DNA of 64,000 nucleotides from Neocallimastix sp. 'constans' (GCA_050613775.1 JBODTK010000011.1:310001-374000); one strand, 5' to 3'. Numbered from the stretch's first letter, positions 26,109 through 39,429 are shown. Made by a program: numbers and translations. Notes: a model not told the origin generated them from the letters alone.

Positions 26109-27179
26109 AAAATAAGAGAAAATATTTAGATATTTATATTTAGTTTATATCTTTTATCTTTTATTTATTTGTTTATCTTTTTCATTTTTTATTTATTAGT
26201 TATTATTTATATTTCAATATTTATTATTTATTATTTAAATTTTATTATTTATATTTCAATATTTATTATTTATTATTTAAATTTTATTATTTATATTTCA
26301 ATATTTATTATTTATATTTCAATATTTATTATTTATTATTTAAATTTTATTATTCATTTATTTAATTATATTTTCAATGTTTAATTTTACCAATACAATT
26401 TTTTCACATTTAACAAAAAAAATATATATATATAAATAAATAAATATATAAATGAATAAATAAATATTAATATAAATAAATAGATAAATAAATAGATAAA
26501 TAAATAGATAAAAATGAATATGAATTTCTATTTAAAAGTAATTATTTCCATATATTAAGAATGTAAAATAATATATAATTTAATTAATTATCTTTTTAAT
26601 TTATTTCATTAAATTTTAATTAAGAAAAAAAAATTTTTTAATTTAAATATAAAATTTGTATAATTAAATAATATATTGAGAATACATTCATCACATATAT
26701 TAAAATTGTATTTAATTAAATAAGTTTATCTTTTTCAATAAATTAAATAATTTTCCATGATATATATTATAAATATTTGATTTTATATTTAATCAATAAA
26801 AATTTAATTAAATTGAATCATTTCTGTATTCTTTATATTATAATATATTCTTTACATATATTATTAATAAATATTGATTAAATAAAAATATAAAATAAAA
26901 AATAATAATAATAATAATAAAATAATAATAAAATTAAATATATTAATTTATTTTATTATTCCTACATAAATAATATATTGTATAATTAATTATTGAGAGT
27001 TGTTCTTAAAATTAATTTATTTTCCATATATTATAAATATATTTAATATATATTATTTTATTTAAAATTCTGTAGATTTTTGGTAAACACAAAAAAAATG
27101 TTTTCCAAATAATATCATAAAAAAGAATAAATAAAAAAAAATAAATATTAAATAATAAATATTAAAAAGATCAAAAAAA

Positions 27180-27700
27180 TTATAATAAATAATAAATAAT
27201 AAATAAATAAATAAAAAGAGTATTTATTAATAAATAATAAATAATTGAATAATTGAATAATAAATAATAAATAATAAATAATAAAAAGAGTATTTATTAA
27301 TAAATAATATATAATAAATGATAAATAATAAATAATAAATAATAAATAATAAATAATAAATAATTCAATAATAAATAATAAATAATAAATAATAAATAAG
27401 TAATAAATAAATAAATAATAAATAATAATTAATAATTAATAATTAATAAATATTAAATATTAAATATTAAATATTAAATATTAAATATTAAATATTAAAT
27501 AATATTAAAAGAGTATTTATTAATAAATAATTCAATAATAAATAATAAATAATAAATAATAAATAAGTAATAAATAAATAAATAATAAATAATAATTAAT
27601 AATTAATAATTAATAAATATTAAATATTAAATATTAAATATTAAATATTAAATAATATTAAAAGAGTATTTATTAATAAATAATTCAATAATAAATAATA
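27180..27700 (+). repeat. Complex minisatellite (AATAAAT)n with AAGAGTATTTATTA (copy 2), with an internal ~150-bp duplication
   Basis: Motif at about 27216, 27286, 27509 and 27662. Confidence 0.8.
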
Positions 27701-28049
27701 ACTATTTTAATACATTTGATCATTAATTCTAAACATTTCTTTTTAAAAAATATTTATTGATTATTGATTATTATTATATTTTAATTATTAATTAATAATA
27801 TATATATCCAAAAAAAAAAAAGAGTTATTCATCATTAATTCATCAAAAGATTAAAAAATAAATAAATAAATAAAAATAAATATTATTTAATCACTATTCA
27901 AATTTAACAAATGAATATTCTGACTTTAAATAAAACTTTTTCATTTTATCTAATGAGTCTTTTTTTTTTTATTTTTATTTTATTTTTTTCTTCATAACAT
28001 TAAATCAAATCAATGAAGAGAATAAAAAAAAACGGAGAGAAAAAAAAGA

Positions 28050-28790
<741 letters not shown>

Positions 28791-30400
28791 ATTTTTAGTT
28801 TATATTCAATTGATATTTATATTTATATTTATTTTCAGTTTCTTTTTTTTCATTTTATTAAGAATTAAAGTTAAAATTTAATTTAATGGTTTAAAAATTT
28901 GTGCCGTTTTCTTTTTTCTTTTTTCTTTTTTCTTTTTTTTTTATATGCAAATATCAATTATTTATTATATAAATATAATTATTTATTATATGGATACAAT
29001 TATTTATTATATAAATATAATTATTTATTAAATTTATTTATTATATAAATATAATTATTTATTAAATTTATTTATTATAGGAATATAATTATTTATTATA
29101 TATAATTTATTATAGGAATACAATTATTTATTATATTAGTTTTAAGGTTTTTTAAATATTTTCACATTATTCAAATGGAGACATTAATTTATTTTGATTA
29201 CGTCATCCATTGATATTTAACTTTAAATTTATTTAGATTTATAATCATATATTCATTAATATCTATTGGAGTGATCATCCTCTCCATTTAAAGCATTTTA
29301 ATAAGAGATCATTTATTTAATTTATATGGATTCATTCATTTACTTAACTTTTATATTCTATAGGCTCTATCCTTATAATATAAAATTAGTTCATTAGTAA
29401 TAATTTTTATGTTCTTTTTGATATACAACTCAAACATTCGAGGTACCTTTGTTGGGATTTATTTATTAAATTTATTAAAATATTGTTTATTTATTTATTT
29501 AATTTTATTTAAACACTACATATATTTAAAAAGCTATCTAACAACTTTCTTATACTTTTTAATAATAAACTAACTTAACATTACTTTTCATTAAACTAAC
29601 TTAACATTACTTTTCATTACACAACACTTTCTCTTAATTCAGAGAAATGCTTTATTTTTTTGTTATTTAGTTATAATTAACTATTTAATTAATTGTTTTT
29701 GTGATTAAAATAAACTATTAAATGAATATAAATATTAATAATTATTATTTAAGGAAATATTTAAATAATTATATAAATATAAATATAAATATAAAATAGA
29801 CCTAATGGAAAAGAATAGTTAAATGAAGAATTGAATAATTTGAAAATCAAAAAAAAAATACTTATTCTTTAATAGAAAATATATCTAATATAATATAATT
29901 TCCAGTAGATGAGTTTTTTTTTTTTTTTAGCTAAAAAAGAGAAATGATTAAGGAAAAATAATGAAATATAAAGTTTAAGATTAGTTACAAGTCCTTTTTC
30001 TCAAGCATTTTGATGTTGACTATGAAAAAAACTATATTTCACTAACTTTAAAAGCAAGATTCTCTTAGAATAATCATATATCTTTCAACATATGATAATT
30101 CCCGCAGAGTTACAACTTGCCGAAATACATAATATTTTTGAGCTTTTTTTTATTTTTTTATTTTTTTTTTTTTTTAATTTTAAATGCACTTTTCACCTAC
30201 ATGTAATTTTTTTTTTATAATAAAATTAATAAATTTAAGGAAGTGTATTTTTTATTTTTATTTTTATTTTTTTTTTTTTTTTTAATTTCAAATGTACTTT
30301 TCACCTACATGTAGTTCAACTGTAGTATATGTTGGTAAAAACTTGTGAATTTAAGCAATAATAATAATAATTAATTACTTTGATTATACTTTAAACAACA

Positions 30401-30500
<100 letters not shown>

Positions 30501-30619
30501 CAATAGTTTTCCAAATGAAGTAAAATGGAAACTTTTATTCATTATCTACTTAAAATAAAATAAATCTTCTTTAGGATGATTCTATTTTAAAATTATTTTA
30601 TTTTATTTTATTTTTTTTA

Positions 30620-31569
30620 GACATCTTTAACATTAGTAATTTATAAATATCTTATGGCTAAATTAAACTTTTACTTATAGAAATTTCTTTTTTAATATAA
30701 TTACCACAAGAGCAAGTATCAACAGTATACATATTTCCACAATTGTCACAAATAGTAATTTTTATTTCATCAGAATCATCCTTAAAAACTGATCTTAATA
30801 AATGTTTAGAATTATGAACGATTAAAACATCTCTTTCCATTTCATTTCACCAATTCTTAATCCACCTCTTTTAGCTTTACCTTCTGTTAGGCTGTCTAGT
30901 GACGGAATTTATATTACCAGTATTTCTATAAAACATTTTTTTCTTCTACTTAATCTGGTAAGGCATTATAATAACATATACCAATATTTATCTTTACCAA
31001 TAGGAATACCTTTAATAGGATCTATCATAGTTTCACCATTTAGGTTATTATATAAATCAAGATTATCATTATATAAAATTATTTAATAAATCTTCATAAT
31101 TAATATTATTAGATAAATCAGAATGAAATCTTATTCCATATTTAGTAGGATCAATAGCAATATAAGATGATATAAGCATTTCTAATAAGTGTCCTATTGT
31201 CATTCTAGAAGGAAAAGCATGAAGATTTATAATAATATAAGGTATTATACCTGATTCAAAAAATGGTAATAAATGTTCAGGAATAATATCACCAATGACA
31301 CCTTTTTGAGAATATCGACTTGTAAATTTATCGCCTCTTTGTGGTTTATAAACATGATATGCTTTTAATATAAAATGTTTAGTTTGTAATAATGAACTTA
31401 GAAGAATAAATATCCACTGAATTAATTCTCATTGGTTTTCTAAAAAAAAAAAAAATTTTCAACATTGGTAACCTTATCGTCATATAATTTAAAAAATAAT
31501 ATCATTATCATTTATTTCTAAATTATGATTAGGTAAAGGATTAAATTTATTACCAACTAAATAATCAGC

Positions 31570-31604
<35 letters not shown>

Positions 31605-32485
31605 ATTTTATTATTATAAATTATATCATAAAAAGTATTTTTACAAATAGGGTCAGTACCATAGGATAAATATCTAGAATTGTCTGTTAAATGATTTAAA
31701 AATTCTTTATCATTCGTTATAAATTATTTAGCCATATTAGATTGAAAAGATAATCTAGGGGCATGATTATTTCCAGGGAAAGGAGATATAACACTTGAAA
31801 ACCCATATCATATTATATCATATTAGGATCTAATTCTAAATAATTATCATGATTTTCATTAATATCTACTAAATCCATATCATCCAGTAATTTGCCATCC
31901 ATTATAAATTGTTTATAAAATTCCATAAAATTAAAATTTTTTACATCTTTATAAGATTTTAGAATCATAGTTCTTAATAAATCTTCCCTCATCAGAAAAT
32001 ATTTGTATAGAGTAATCATTTAACTATAAAACTTTAATATTTATTAGATCTTTTATACTGATATAATTCATTAATAAAATCTTTTTCTTTATCTAATAAA
32101 AATCCAACAAATTTAGAATTATAAGTTATAAACTTTTTAATTGGTTCATTAATTAATTTATTTTCTAATAATTCTATCCTACTATTATTACTATTATTAG
32201 GATTATTATTAGGATTATTATTAGGATTATTATTAGGATTATTATTAGGTTTATTATTAGATTTTTAATAAGATATTTATCAAATAATTTACTTAGGTCA
32301 ATATAAGTGTAAGGGGATATTATCGCTGTAACAGATAAAAATTTTATTAAACCAACTTCTTTAGATTCAGGAGTTTCAAAAGGACAATAATAACCAAAAG
32401 TGTGATTATTAATTTTTTTAATATCAATATTTAATGATTCATTATTATATGGTAACTTTATTTTTCTAACATGAAATATTTCTCT
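30620..32485 (-). pseudogene. Decayed intronless second-largest subunit of a multisubunit RNA polymerase (RPB2/beta-like), divergent and probably of large-DNA-virus origin
   Basis: Collinear motifs: [122 protein letters not shown], and Zn ribbon CDNCG..CSCG. Several frameshifts and stops; no introns evident. Confidence 0.9.
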
Positions 32486-32959
32486 TGTGAAATATTCATT
32501 CTTATCATATAGATGACAATCATCTTTTATTATCCTTCTTATCTATATTTTATTTTTCTTATTGTTATTGAAGTTTGAAGGCTTTTTTTTTTTTTTTTTT
32601 GTTTAATCTTGGTGTTCCTTTCCTATTGCTTATAAGGTAATTAATATTCATAGGATCATAATCATCATCTTTTTTTTTTTTTTTTTTTTAGAGTCATCCT
32701 AATTTTTAACATATGACTTTGTTAAAATAATTCTTTTAAGAGTCAATCCAATTTTCAACATATGATTTTGTTAAAATAATTTTTTTAAGAGTTTACCAGT
32801 ATTCATCGGGATTACTCTTCAAGTTGAACAATGTTCTTGTAATTATCTGTAAGAATGTTATATAGATATTTTAATTTTTTTCTTTGTTTACAATACCTAA
32901 TTCAGATTTCTTCCATTTCGAGGAAGATTTCCTTCTTTTTGGTATACACATTCTAATAT

Positions 32960-33003
<44 letters not shown>

Positions 33004-33500
33004 TCTTTAATATTAAACTTCTGAGTTTTTTAAAGCCAGTACTTCATATCAGCATTGTTGTTAATTGTATTTTTCCTTGATTCTTTCCATAATACGATAA
33101 CTGTTAGTTAGACAATTAATCTCTTTTAATATTTTTTTTTCTTCAATATTTTTACTAATCATTAAGATAATACTAATTTTTGCATCAATTTCTCAGCCTC
33201 TTTGATAATCTGTTATTGAATAATAAAGCTAAAAAAAAAAAAAAAAAAAAAAATATTTATCTTTTTTTTTTTTTTTTTTTTTTTTAGCTTTATTATTCAA
33301 TAACAGATTTAGAATATTATTGTTAATAGCTGGTGATGTATTATTGTTTATAACTGCTTGTTCAGCATTGTTGTTATGAATGGGATTAGGTTATTTGAAC
33401 TTGAGATTGGAATGTTCGTAATGTAATGGGCCCCATGCATTGTACCATTACCGTTTGGAATTTAAAATAAAGAATTCATTTAAATGAACAGTGATATCAG
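32486..33500 (-). mobile_element. Degraded copia gag remnant abutting the RPB2-like pseudogene
   Basis: NSYRIMERIKEKYN..ADMKYWL, KYLYNILTD, DPMNINY and a decayed knuckle CHLYDKNEYFTRE align by eye with the gags at ~7570-8160 and 38009-38998. Confidence 0.7.
33207..33309. repeat. Foldback inverted repeat (24-bp perfect arms extended by A-run/T-run)
   Basis: AATCTGTTATTGAATAATAAAGCT-An-TATTTATC-Tn-AGCTTTATTATTCAATAACAGATT. Confidence 0.9.
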
Positions 33501-34227
33501 ACAAAAAAAAAAAATAATAATAATAATAGGGAAATGTATGAATTTGGATATCTTCCTTGAAATGAAAGATTCTATAACAATAAGAATTATACCATCATTT
33601 ATAAATCCCCAAAAGCTTCAGTTACTCTAAATTTACTTTTAATAATATTTCATATCCAGGAGATAAAAATTACTATAAGATATGGTGAAGTTTATGCCAC
33701 TTTGAATCTTACAATGTCAGTTAATTAAAACTTCTACTTTTAAGGAATATAGTGAAGATAAATATTATTATAATGATCCCAATGATCTTGCTCATAATAT
33801 AGAAATTATATTTTAATTGAGATTAAATTTTTATATAATATATATGTTTGGGAAAAGGAATAGTTTTTTTTTTATTAATCATTATTTAAAATTTTATTAT
33901 ACTAATTATCTAATTATCTATTTATCTATTTATCTATTTATTTATTATAATTATTTATTTATTATATTTATTTATTAATTAATTTATCTACTTTTTTATT
34001 TATTTACCTTTTTATTTATTTGCTTTTTTATTTATTTACTTTTTTATTTATAAATTCATTCATTAATTTATTAATTAATTAATTTATCTATTAATTTATT
34101 ATATTTATTTATTTATTTATTTTTTTATTTATTAAATTTATTTATTAATATAATTTTTATATCCTATTAACTGTTTTTTTTTTTTTTACCCTTAAAATTA
34201 TAAATACTAATTTATATATTTTTATTT

Positions 34228-34284
<57 letters not shown>

Positions 34285-34522
34285 ATTTGATTTTACGATA
34301 ATTATTATTTATTTAATTTTTATTATTTTCTATTTATAATAATTTTCATTTTTAAAAATTACATTAAATAAATTATAATCTATTAACATTTTGTTTTTCA
34401 CTTTTTTTAATTTTAATGTTATTATAATATTTCAAAAGAGTAAAATATATTCATATTTTATTAAATAAATTATTTATTATATACAATTTTTTTAAAATAT
34501 AAAAAAGATTGAAAAAAGTATT

Positions 34523-34576
<54 letters not shown>

Positions 34577-34848
34577 AAAAAAAAAAAAAAAGGTATTATT
34601 ATAAATCATTATTATTTCATTATTTATAAAAATGAAATAATATAAATCTAATGTATAAAAATAGATATGTTCGTTATAAAAAAAGTAATAATAATAATAA
34701 TAAATAAATAAATAGATAGAAGTTTGTTGTAGGTATTCCATTATTCCAAAATTATAATTAATAATTATGAAATTGAAATTGAACTGATTATTACTTTTTT
34801 TTTTTTTTTTTTTTTTCCAATTTCAAAATAAATATTCATTTAAACCAA

Positions 34849-34902
<54 letters not shown>

Positions 34903-34959
34903 TTCAATTTCAAAAAGATATATATATGTACAATAGGTGTTTTATTTAAATAAAAATTA

Positions 34960-36013
34960 TTAATTATTTGTCAATCCTAAATAGTCTAAAAAGCCAAGAG
35001 AACATCGAGTTACTTGTTCAAAAGTATGATTAAAAGCTATTTATTTATTTATTTAATATTTATATATATATGTATAAATATTTTATACATATTATTTATT
35101 TTAGATAAGAATATTAAAAAGAGAAATAAGATTAATTTATACTATTATATAAATAAAAATATATAATTGGATATAATATAAAATGTACTATTTTTTAATT
35201 AAAGATTTACAATCAATTCCTTTTGAGAAAAATGGATCTATTATTTCTGTTTCATGCTCTGGATCATATTCACTAAATAATTGAACTAATTTAAAAAAAA
35301 AAATAATAATAATAATTAATCATTAAAAAAAAAAATAATTATAAAATGATATATATGAATATACTTTATATATTTATATTATTATTATTATTATTATTAT
35401 TATTAAAATAATGAAAATTAAAGAATTACTTTTTGCTCTTGCATTTTCTGGAGCTAATTTCATTAGATTTTCAAAATTTTTACTATCCATTCCAAATATA
35501 TAGTCATAGCGATAAAAATCTTCAGTAATAATCTATAGATATTCAATAATATATGTAGATTTGTTTGAAATTGTGATTTAATATATATATATGTATTTTT
35601 TTTTTTTTTTTAGAACTTGAATTAGTTATATAATAATAATAATAATAATGAATTTTAATTAAAGAAAAAAAAAAAAAAAAAGAAAAGGAAAAAAGACTTA
35701 CTCTTCTAGAACAGTGGTTTATATTTATATTATTATTTTTACAAACCGATAGGGTCCGACTATCAGGTTTTCTTCCAAATTGAAAACCTTTACTTGCTGT
35801 ACCACAACTGTCAATTAAAAATTTATTTTCAAGGTGACGTTGCGTTACTTCATGAATAAATACCGCTTCAGCCATCGGTGAACGACAAACATTTCCTAAA
35901 CAAGCAAAAAGTACACCGATTCTTTTTCTACTACCGTTCATTTTATTGACACTTTTATTTACCTTCATATTATTATTATTATTGTTGTTGTTGTTGTTCA
36001 ATGTCTTATCCAT
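34960..36013 (-). CDS. LTP1: Low-molecular-weight protein tyrosine phosphatase (188 aa); exons 35702-36013, 35430-35532, 35211-35285, 34960-35036
   Basis: P-loop CLGNVCRSPMAE, IDSCGT, PDSRT, DYIFGMD and general-acid loop IIDPFF. Four GT-AG-bounded exons join in frame to a TAA. Confidence 0.93.
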
Positions 36014-36288
36014 GAGTTTTTTTTTTTTTATATTATTGTTATTATTATTATTATTATTACTATTATTTTAATTGAATAAAATGATAGAAAAAAAAAAAAA
36101 TTAACCAGCTTATAAAAGAGTCAACTCTATGTATTTTATTTATTATTTTATTTTTTAAATTTGTATTAGTTTTATATTTTAAAAATTAAAAAAAATTAAA
36201 AAAAAATTAAAAAATAAGGAAAAAAAAAAAAAGGAAAAAAAAAAAAGGAAAAAAAAAATGGTTGAAACTGACAATTTTTTACTTATTA

Positions 36289-36323
<35 letters not shown>

Positions 36324-36992
36324 GATATTAATTTTTATTGGAGACTTTAATATATTTCTAAATGAATTAAAAAATGATTAGGAAAGAAAGGAAAGAAGAA
36401 GAAGAAAAGTAGTAAAGTAATAAAGTAAAAAGGATTTTAAAGATAAAATAAAATAAAATAAACTAATATTATAATATTTAAGTAATAATTGATTTTTGGT
36501 AAAAAAAATTTACTCATCCACAAAAAAAAAATATATATATATATATATTTTTTTTTTTACTGACACACAAATAATTTTATAAAAGAAAAAAAAAAAAAAA
36601 TTATTTTATTTTTTATTTAATTATAAATTAAATTTTTTTACATTTTTTTTCTTTTCATTTTTTTTAATTTTTATTCAAAATTTAATACTGATACTAATTT
36701 TTTTTTTTTTTTTTTTTTGTATTTTTTACTTTTTACTTTTTCATTTGTTTTGTTAAGTTTTTTCAAAGAAAATTCGATAAAGATCATTCTTTTTAATTTT
36801 TAATTCATCTCAACAATCATATTTTATTTAAATATATTTGTAATTTATTTATATATAATTAATTGAATGTATTTTGGTATATTTACTGTTTGTATGTTAT
36901 CATTAAGACTTATATATATATTTATATATAAAAAGTAGTACAAACAAAATAATATAAATAATAAAAATAATAATACTCAATATGAATATTAT

Positions 36993-37024
<32 letters not shown>

Positions 37025-37026
37025 TA

Positions 37027-37296
37027 CTCAGGTAGGTATACTTTCTATGTTTTCTATATTTCTAACACTATAAGAATCCCATTGCCTTGTCTGAGAGGAT
37101 TTACAGTGTCCAGCTCCTCTGGGATGGCAAGGACGCCACCTATAGTTGGCTCTGCTTTCCCTCGAGGATCGCGTAGGGTGCTTCTATATGGAGTTTCTTT
37201 GCTTATGGGGAGTTGAGAGCGTCGACGCCGTACCGGTATGGCAGTTAATCATACACCCATATTACTATATGGGGAAGACCAAAGTCTTCAGTCTAT

Positions 37297-37312
<16 letters not shown>
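37027..37312 (+). other. GC-rich, palindrome-dense ~270-bp island with a 3' A-run (SINE-like element or retroposed structured RNA)
   Basis: Sharp GC rise against the flanks and several hairpins. TATA-An-(TA)n is present on both sides, like a target duplication. No recognisable ORF. Confidence 0.5.
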
Positions 37313-37347
<35 letters not shown>

Positions 37348-37486
37348 TTTTATTCAATAAATAATTTATTTTCTTTATTATTATTATTATTATATTATTA
37401 TTTTATTATTATTATAATTATTATTATAATTATTATTATTATTATTTATTATTATTATTATTATTATTTATTATTATTATTATTTA

Positions 37487-37553
<67 letters not shown>

Positions 37554-37606
37554 TATTATTATTATTATTATTTATTATTTATTATTATTATTATTATTAT
37601 TATTTA

Positions 37607-37659
<53 letters not shown>

Positions 37660-37660
<1 letters not shown>

Positions 37661-37861
37661 GATAACTGTCCTAAAATTATGTATATAATAATTATTGACA
37701 CACGTGATATACATGAATCTAATGTGGCACAAATGATGAATTGTTAAATATATAAAATGCTCACTGTAATATTTACATACGAATAGAGGTTTAATTCCTA
37801 ATAAATAAAAATAAATAAACAACATTAAAATTTATTAATCATAAATTTAAGTGTGTTAACA
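37660..37861 (+). repeat. 5' LTR
   Basis: TGATAAC..GTTAACA; matches 39989-40190. Confidence 0.95.
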
Positions 37862-37874
37862 GATTAAGAGTCTC
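37862..37874 (+). promoter_or_regulatory. Primer-binding site complementary to the anticodon arm of tRNA-Lys(CUU)
   Basis: GATTAAGAGTCTC directly follows the LTR; its reverse complement GAGACTCTTAATC is the conserved tRNA-Lys(CUU) anticodon stem-loop. Confidence 0.8.
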
Positions 37875-38008
37875 AACGGCTCCAAAACAAAGCCCATTAT
37901 TATATATTAACAAATAGTAAAATCAGAATATAAACATTAGCTAGTACGAGAACATATATATAAAACATCTTTACTCTAAAATTTTGTGTTTACTAGAATT
38001 TAAAAATC

Positions 38009-38998
38009 ATGACAAAAGAATTCATACTCAATAAAGAACAATTCCTAAATGGCTCAAACTTTGATCCATGGTTCGGAAGGATAAAAACAGCCTTGGAAAC
38101 CAGAAAATTAGTAAAATATATAAATAAAGATGTGATAGCATCCATAAAAGAAAACTTCCCAAATGACGTAGAAAAGTTAAAAAAGGCTGAAAAGAAAAAC
38201 TCCAGAGCAAAATCTTTAATAATCAACAATATCACAGACGGTGTATATGAACATGTGAAGAATCTTGAAAACTCATTTGAGGTAATGAGCAAACTTAAAT
38301 CGTTATATAAAAAGGATAAAGCAATCACTTTACAAGAATGGATGGACAAACTACAAAAATTAAAGACAAATAAATTAAATGAAATAGTAAGTACACTATT
38401 CAAAATAAGAGAAATATTTAAAGCCATGGAAGATACCTCTTCTAACATCGGTGAATTAGAAAAAGTAAAAATTATGTATAACTCCCTTCTTTTATATGCA
38501 AAATTTTTTATCCATCCAACAAAAGATTACACTAGTGAAAGATTTTTTAATGAAATAAACAATATAGTAACTTTTAAGCTATATGCAGGAGATTCAAAAT
38601 TAATTGAAGAAAATTTAGACCAGTATTTTGTCCATGATAGAACACAAGATAATGAAAACGAAACTTCAATAAATTTAATTTCTAAATATACAAATAGAAA
38701 AATTAAAAATAAAAATAATTTTAAATATAAACATAAGACTCACAATAATAAATATTGTTATATCTGCGAAAAGAAAGGACATACTACTAAAGAGTGCAGA
38801 TATAATAAGAAAAGAAAACATTACTCAAATGAAGAATCTTCCAGTGAAAGTGAAAATGAAAATAAAAATAAACAAAAACAAAACAACAAAGCCAACAATA
38901 TGGGAAAATCGTTAAATTTTATTGCGGCTGAAAACTACGATGACAACAATGATTTTGACGCCAATGTTGACTTTAATGATATTAGAGAAATGTTTTAG
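38009..38998 (+). CDS. gag: Copia-type Gag (329 aa) with CCHC zinc knuckle
   Basis: N-terminal LNGSNFDPW motif, UBN2-like core and CYICEKKGHTTKEC; uninterrupted ORF between the LTRs. Confidence 0.92.
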   Translation: MTKEFILNKEQFLNGSNFDPWFGRIKTALETRKLVKYINKDVIASIKENFPNDVEKLKKAEKKNSRAKSLIINNITDGVYEHVKNLENSFEVMSKLKSLYKKDKAITLQEWMDKLQKLKTNKLNEIVSTLFKIREIFKAMEDTSSNIGELEKVKIMYNSLLLYAKFFIHPTKDYTSERFFNEINNIVTFKLYAGDSKLIEENLDQYFVHDRTQDNENETSINLISKYTNRKIKNKNNFKYKHKTHNNKYCYICEKKGHTTKECRYNKKRKHYSNEESSSESENENKNKQKQNNKANNMGKSLNFIAAENYDDNNDFDANVDFNDIREMF

Positions 38999-39256
38999 CC
39001 ACTAATTTAATTTAAATAAAAGGAAGTATAATATTAATATATATATAAAAAAAAAAAAAAAAAAAAAAAATTTTTTTTTATATATTATGTTACTAATAAA
39101 TAAAAATTTTTAATTTATTATCCACTCTATAAATCCTAAAATGATAAATACAATAAGAGTGAAACATCTCTACAGTTAATTAATTAATAATACTACAAAT
39201 AACTATGTTTTATATATTATTACAATTTTATTATTCATTTAAAATTTAAATAAAAA

Positions 39257-39287
<31 letters not shown>

Positions 39288-39365
39288 TGAGAATGTATTA
39301 TAATATTTAAGAATGAATTATATTTATTTATTTACATATAATTAAATTATATTAATAAGAAGAAT

Positions 39366-39396
<31 letters not shown>

Positions 39397-39429
39397 CTAA
39401 TAAGATGAATCTAAAATGTTTAATAAATC

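Noticed and set aside
32486..33600. N-terminal half of the RPB2-like gene
   Set aside because: Initially read as RPB2, but the peptides align better with the copia gags in this window.
37030..37230. U3 snoRNA (TATACTTTC, GAGCGT) or HDV-like ribozyme (GTCCAGCTCCTCTGG)
   Set aside because: U3 boxes C and D are absent. The HDV fold lacks a P2 partner strand and the J4/2 catalytic segment.
37270..37295. Hammerhead core CTGAAGA on the minus strand
   Set aside because: No GAAA follows stem II; the motif is part of a simple hairpin.
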